Origin: Campylobacterales bacterium
GTDB lineage: Bacteria > Campylobacterota > Campylobacteria > Campylobacterales > Sulfurimonadaceae
DNA length: 23,403 nucleotides
Assembly: GCA_038205935.1 (NCBI GenBank)
Contig: JBBRBK010000028.1
Location: 1 to 23,403, forward strand
Reading direction: 5' to 3'
A program made the translations under genes and the position numbers. This document shows positions 19,166 to 23,403 of this stretch, in pieces; the first letter of the stretch is position 1, and each line of letters begins with the position of its first letter. The notes under the pieces are model-generated. The model had not been told where the DNA came from and ran no database searches. It saw only the letters and a list, made by a program, of their open reading frames with translations.

Positions 19166-20107
19166 CTACTTCATATGTGCACGAACAACGCGTGCGACTT
19201 CGCCATAAAACAAATTAGCGTCAAACTTAACCAAGTAAGCTTCAGCACCAGCATCTAAACCACGCATTTCACTAAAATGGTCACTGATTGATGAGTTAAA
19301 AACTATCGGAATATTTTTATATCTTCCATCCTCTTTAACATTTGCTGCAAAGTGAAAACCATCCATCAAAGGCATCTCAATATCTGAGATAATGAGTTTG
19401 AGATGATTTGCTATCCCCTCTTCATACATCGCATAGATATCATCGAGTTTTTCAAGCCCATCTTGTCCATCACTTGCTTCTACAACATCAAAGCCCATCT
19501 TTTCCAGAGCATCTTTTACGATCTTTCTAGCTGTTGAGCTGTCATCAAGTAACAAGACAAGCCCTGTGAAAGTATCAAGATCTTGAGGGATATTTCCAGT
19601 ATTTGGTTTATAAAGTCCCAAATCTTGAACAACAGCTTCCAAGTCGAGAATCAAAAGTACCGCATCATCTTCGATACGTGTCACTCCCGTTATCTTACTA
19701 CCATCAAATCCATCTCCACCCGAAACAAAAGAAGCAGGCTCGATATCTTTCCAGTTTATACGGCGAATACGTCTCGCCTCATGGACAATAAAGCCAATAA
19801 GAACATTGTTAAATTCAGCAATAATGACACGCGCATTTTTCCCAGCATCCTCAGGAACATTAATACCCATCCAGCTAGCTAGATTAACAACAGGAATGAC
19901 AACGCCTCGAAGATCAAAAATACCTTCTATAAATTCCGGTACTCCCGGAAGTTCTGTTAAAGAGGGAACACGAATAATTTCCCGAACTTTAGCCACATTG
20001 ACACCGTAAATTCCCTCATACATTTCATCATCTTCTTGTTTGAAGATACGAAAGTCTACAAGCTCCATCTCATTACTGCCAACTTTTAATGTTGCTTCTT
20101 CTTTCAT
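19166..20107 (-). CDS. cheV: Chemotaxis protein CheV (CheW + receiver)
   Basis: YGVNVAKVREI and DLRGVVIPVV followed by receiver (DDSSTAR, SDIEMPLMDG). Confidence 0.95.
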   Translation of the reverse strand: MKEEATLKVGSNEMELVDFRIFKQEDDEMYEGIYGVNVAKVREIIRVPSLTELPGVPEFIEGIFDLRGVVIPVVNLASWMGINVPEDAGKNARVIIAEFNNVLIGFIVHEARRIRRINWKDIEPASFVSGGDGFDGSKITGVTRIEDDAVLLILDLEAVVQDLGLYKPNTGNIPQDLDTFTGLVLLLDDSSTARKIVKDALEKMGFDVVEASDGQDGLEKLDDIYAMYEEGIANHLKLIISDIEMPLMDGFHFAANVKEDGRYKNIPIVFNSSISDHFSEMRGLDAGAEAYLVKFDANLFYGEVARVVRAHMK

Positions 20108-20850
20108 TCACCTGACTCCTTAGAAGCATCAACCTCTAATAATAGCTCTTCTTGCGGGGATTGTACAATAAAGTATCTTTGATTACAAGCAAAAGCAGCC
20201 AAATTAATATAGGTAAAATCATCCACGATAAAGCTCTTATTTTGATGAAAATGTCCCTCTATAAAATAATCACAACTATTAGAAAATCTTTTATTTAAAC
20301 GAGCTGTAATATATGTTTTAAAACCTTCAAAATTATTACAATCTTCTTTTTTTTGAAGATAAGTATCGAGCTTTTTTAGTATAAAATGATTTCCAAAAAG
20401 GTCAATATATTTCAAACAAGTAAGTATAAACCCATTTCGTATCAAAGAAGTGTATATTTTATAACCCAAGTCCTCGCCAAAATCGCCATGTGCGAGCAAA
20501 ACAGTTTTTTCATTATACTTACATGTAAGAGGCTGAGAGGCAAGTGGATAAATCTTAATATTTTCAAATACACCTTCCAAACAAAAATCGTGATTCCCTT
20601 CAAGATAAATCACTTCTATTTTCTGTGCTATAGAGTTTAGAAGATCTATCATTGCTTGGTTACCATGTAAGGTATAAGGAATTGGCCCAAAAAGAGTATC
20701 AAAGATATCACCCATCAAGATAAGTTGTGAGGGTTTTAAAACACCTGAATCTATCTCTTCTAAAAGAGCTTTTAGTTCAGGGCGATACGGCGAATAGTGA
20801 GCATCTGAGATGACAAATGCTCCCTCTTTGAGAAGAAAATTATGGGACAT
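20104..20850 (-). CDS. lpxH: UDP-2,3-diacylglucosamine diphosphatase
   Basis: Calcineurin-like motifs DAH, GDIFD, GNHD, HGD and GHFH; same position upstream of cheV-cheA-cheW as in Helicobacter. Confidence 0.85.
   Translation of the reverse strand: MSHNFLLKEGAFVISDAHYSPYRPELKALLEEIDSGVLKPSQLILMGDIFDTLFGPIPYTLHGNQAMIDLLNSIAQKIEVIYLEGNHDFCLEGVFENIKIYPLASQPLTCKYNEKTVLLAHGDFGEDLGYKIYTSLIRNGFILTCLKYIDLFGNHFILKKLDTYLQKKEDCNNFEGFKTYITARLNKRFSNSCDYFIEGHFHQNKSFIVDDFTYINLAAFACNQRYFIVQSPQEELLLEVDASKESGE
20518..20529. repeat. Palindrome CTTACATGTAAG, exact copy 5 (in lpxH)
   Basis: Read directly; encodes LTCK. Confidence 0.9.
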
Positions 20851-21844
20851 ACGCTATGGCTGGCAAAGCCGTATATTCATCATATCCCATCATTAAGTTT
20901 GCATTTGCAACGGCTGCTGAAGATGCACCTTTTAAAAGATTGTCAATTGCTGATGAGATAAAAAGCGTATCTCCATTACGTTTTGCAAAAATATCGCAAA
21001 AATGCGTTCCTGCAACACTTTTCATTTCAACAGGTTTTTCTCTCACACGTACAAATCTTTCATCTTTGTAATACTCTTTTAATACAGCAATAGGATCAAA
21101 ATCTCCGCTAACTTGTATATAAATAGATGAAATCATTCCCCTTGTAGCAGGAACCAAATGAGGCACAAAACTCACCTCTGAAAAATCAATACCAAGTTTC
21201 TCAGCGATCTCTGGCGCGTGGCGATGACCCAGTGGATTGTACGCAAAAAAGTTATCGTTAACATTGACAAAATGGGTCACGTCACTGAGTTTTTTCCCCG
21301 CTCCACTTACACCGCTTTTTGCATCGACGATGAAAGGTGAATGCTCTTTTTTATACTTCATAAATGGTAATGCACCAAGAATGACGCTTGTCGGATAGCA
21401 TCCAGGATTTGCAATGAGTTTTGCACTTTTTATCTTTTCACGAAAGAGTTCAGGCAAGCCATAAACCGCGAGAGTCAGGTTTTCTTTATCTGAATGTTGG
21501 CAATAATGTTTTTCATACACATCAAGTTCAAGTCTATAGTCAGCCGAGAGATCGACGACTTTGAGACCTTTTTCTAAAAGAGGTTTTACATACGCCATTG
21601 CAGTTTTATGAGGAAGTGCTAAAAAGACGAGCTCGCTCACTTTTGCCACCTCATCAATATCTGCTTTTTGAACATCACATTCATACACACCACAAAGCGA
21701 TGGATGCAGCTCGGCTAAAGTCATATTTCCTTCGCTGTTTGCAACATAAGTGATCTTAAAATTTGGATGATTAATCAAAATCTTTAAAAGCTCAAGACCT
21801 GTATATCCGCTTGCTCCTATGATGGCTACATTAGTGACATTCAA
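20840..21844 (-). CDS. argC: N-acetyl-gamma-glutamyl-phosphate reductase
   Basis: GASGYTG, DLSADYRL, ANPGCYPT, SGVSGAG, HRHAPEI and DNLLKGA. Confidence 0.98.
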   Translation of the reverse strand: MNVTNVAIIGASGYTGLELLKILINHPNFKITYVANSEGNMTLAELHPSLCGVYECDVQKADIDEVAKVSELVFLALPHKTAMAYVKPLLEKGLKVVDLSADYRLELDVYEKHYCQHSDKENLTLAVYGLPELFREKIKSAKLIANPGCYPTSVILGALPFMKYKKEHSPFIVDAKSGVSGAGKKLSDVTHFVNVNDNFFAYNPLGHRHAPEIAEKLGIDFSEVSFVPHLVPATRGMISSIYIQVSGDFDPIAVLKEYYKDERFVRVREKPVEMKSVAGTHFCDIFAKRNGDTLFISSAIDNLLKGASSAAVANANLMMGYDEYTALPAIAYVP

Positions 21845-22328
21845 AGACGATCTCCTGATATTTCACTGATTCGATCTCGAATTCTTTCACACCGTTTGGA
21901 AGTTTGACTTTCACTTCATCGCCCTCTTCACGTCCTAAAAGTTGTTTTGCAAGCGGAGAGTTAAACGAGATCAGGCCAATGTCAGGATTGCTTTCACATC
22001 CGCCGACAATAGTATATGTTTTCTCTTCGCCATTTCCCATGTCACTTAAAGTCACAGTTGAGCCAAAGCTGACACGTGTATGTTCAAGCTCACTTGGATT
22101 GACAATCTGAGCATTTGAAATCATTTCAGCTATCTCGATCATTCTTCCATCAATGAGTCTTTGTTTCTCTTTTGAAGCGTGGTACTCTGCATTTTCTTTC
22201 AAGTCTCCATGTTCTAGGGCCTCTTCTATATCTTTCACAGTTTGTGGGCGCTCTACCATTTTAAGGTAAGTGAGTTCAGCTTGAAGTTTTTCATATCCAT
22301 ATTTTGTCATAGGTTCTTGTATTGTCAT
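21831..22328 (-). CDS. greA: Transcription elongation factor GreA
   Basis: HGDLKENAEYH and ISFNSPLAKQLLG. Confidence 0.97.
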   Translation of the reverse strand: MTIQEPMTKYGYEKLQAELTYLKMVERPQTVKDIEEALEHGDLKENAEYHASKEKQRLIDGRMIEIAEMISNAQIVNPSELEHTRVSFGSTVTLSDMGNGEEKTYTIVGGCESNPDIGLISFNSPLAKQLLGREEGDEVKVKLPNGVKEFEIESVKYQEIVFECH

Positions 22329-22360
22329 TATTGCTCTTTTTTTATAGTCTATTTATCTAA

Positions 22361-22403
22361 AGGATTATATCAAAAAAATAAAACAAAGTTTTGTTATAAT
22401 CCT
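22361..22403. promoter_or_regulatory. Symmetric divergent promoters (two extended -10 boxes) forming a 15-bp inverted repeat
   Basis: TGATATAAT on - (22372-22364) and TGTTATAAT on + (22392-22400); arms 22361-22375 and 22389-22403 match at 14/15. Confidence 0.65.
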
Positions 22404-22435
22404 CGTATATAATAAACTTCGACAGAGGATATTTG

Positions 22436-23403
22436 GTGTACACACATAAACAGCTTAGTGAGGCTTATAATAATTTAACACTCTCCATCCTTGGATCCCT
22501 TGCTAATGCCACTGTTTTATTTTATATTTTTTTTGGACATACCAATAATACCACTCTCATTATTTGGGGAATTTCTATCCTCTTGATTTCTATATTTCGT
22601 TACTTAAGTGTTTTAAAATATCAAGCTCAAAAAAAGACTTTAGACACGGAGAAATGGCAGAAATTTCTTTTTATCGGTATTGTTTTATCCGCACTAAGCT
22701 GGGGAATCACTCCCTTTCTTTTTTTTATTCCGCAAGAGTATATGTATCAAATGGTGCTTATTGTAATTTTAGCTGGACTTAGTGCCGGCAGCATCAGCAC
22801 TCTCGCTCACTTTCGCCTCAATATTCAATTTTATTTAATCATTCTCATAGTTCCTCTTATTATAGAACTCCTTTTGCAAAGAACTGAAATACATAATGAT
22901 GTAGCCTTACTTGCTTCACTTTATCTTCTGCTTTTACTTACTGTTTCAAAAAAGTTCAATCAAACTTATCTCGATTCTATCACGTCACATTTGATGTTTG
23001 AACAAAAAAGAGAGGAGTTTTTAGAATCTGAACAGAAGTTTAAAGCGATCTTTAAGAGCGTTCCTATAGGAATATTGTTTTATGATACAAACCTCATCAT
23101 TCAAGAAGTCAATGATAGTTTCGTTGATTTCATCGCAGCTCCAAAAGATTTTCTCATCGGTTTAGATCTTGAAAAAAGTCGAGATAGAAGTCTTATGCCT
23201 GCATTTAAAGCACCTCTTGATGGGATTTGTGGATTTTATGAGGGAGAGTACACAACACTTTATAGACAAAAAGATTTATGGGTCATCCCGCATCATGGAA
23301 GAGACCACCGGCTCGGAGAGCCCCATCGCCAACCCCGATCTCAACACCGCCTCCTCCGGCGCGGCCACGCTCGCCGAGCCAAAGCCCCGCGGGAGGAAGT
23401 CCG
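22436..23403 (+). CDS. Membrane-anchored PAS-domain signalling protein, partial (native sequence appears to end near 23287)
   Basis: GAGGA SD then GTG; frame stays open to the window end, which explains its absence from the ORF track. Several hydrophobic helices are followed by the PAS start ESEQKFKAIFKSVPIGILFYD. Output domain not visible. Confidence 0.8.
   Translation, partial: MYTHKQLSEAYNNLTLSILGSLANATVLFYIFFGHTNNTTLIIWGISILLISIFRYLSVLKYQAQKKTLDTEKWQKFLFIGIVLSALSWGITPFLFFIPQEYMYQMVLIVILAGLSAGSISTLAHFRLNIQFYLIILIVPLIIELLLQRTEIHNDVALLASLYLLLLLTVSKKFNQTYLDSITSHLMFEQKREEFLESEQKFKAIFKSVPIGILFYDTNLIIQEVNDSFVDFIAAPKDFLIGLDLEKSRDRSLMPAFKAPLDGICGFYEGEYTTLYRQKDLWVIPHHGRDHRLGEPHRQPRSQHRLLRRGHARRAKAPREEV
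23287..23403. other. High-GC foreign segment (probable chimeric contig end)
   Basis: 79 of 113 bases are G/C in 23291-23403 (hand count), against an AT-rich rest of the window. Confidence 0.75.

Noticed and set aside
22527..22726. Two T8 tracts in the PAS gene (and A8 at 6023-6030 in pabB) as phase-variation sites or frameshifts
   Set aside because: The frames are intact on recount, and short A/T runs are common in this AT-rich DNA; contingency tracts in this phylum are typically poly-G/C.
22564..22782. 72-aa + strand ORF from the track
   Set aside because: Out-of-frame overlap with the longer membrane/PAS gene starting at 22436.

Overview
AT-rich core-chromosome segment of a Campylobacterota bacterium; gene content and order look Sulfurimonas-like (inference). 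Minus strand: clpS-clpA-aat (N-degron module, aat truncated at the left edge), a MetY/MetZ-like sulfhydrylase, glnK-amtB, tonB plus a periplasmic thioredoxin, and a long run greA-argC-lpxH-cheV-cheA(Y)-cheW-mlaE/F/D-lipoprotein-pepP. Plus strand: bioD-pyrB-pabB-orphan histidine kinase, two hypothetical genes, and a membrane/PAS signalling gene missing from the ORF track. No RNA genes, CRISPR or mobile elements were seen. The main unexplained signal is a highly iterated 12-bp palindrome, CTTACATGTAAG: 5 exact copies and 12 copies of its TACATGTA core, all inside coding sequence and read as xHV or xTC peptides. It resembles a HIP1-like element, a DNA uptake sequence, or a nucleoid-protein site. 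The last ~117 bp are ~70% GC and probably a chimeric contig end.
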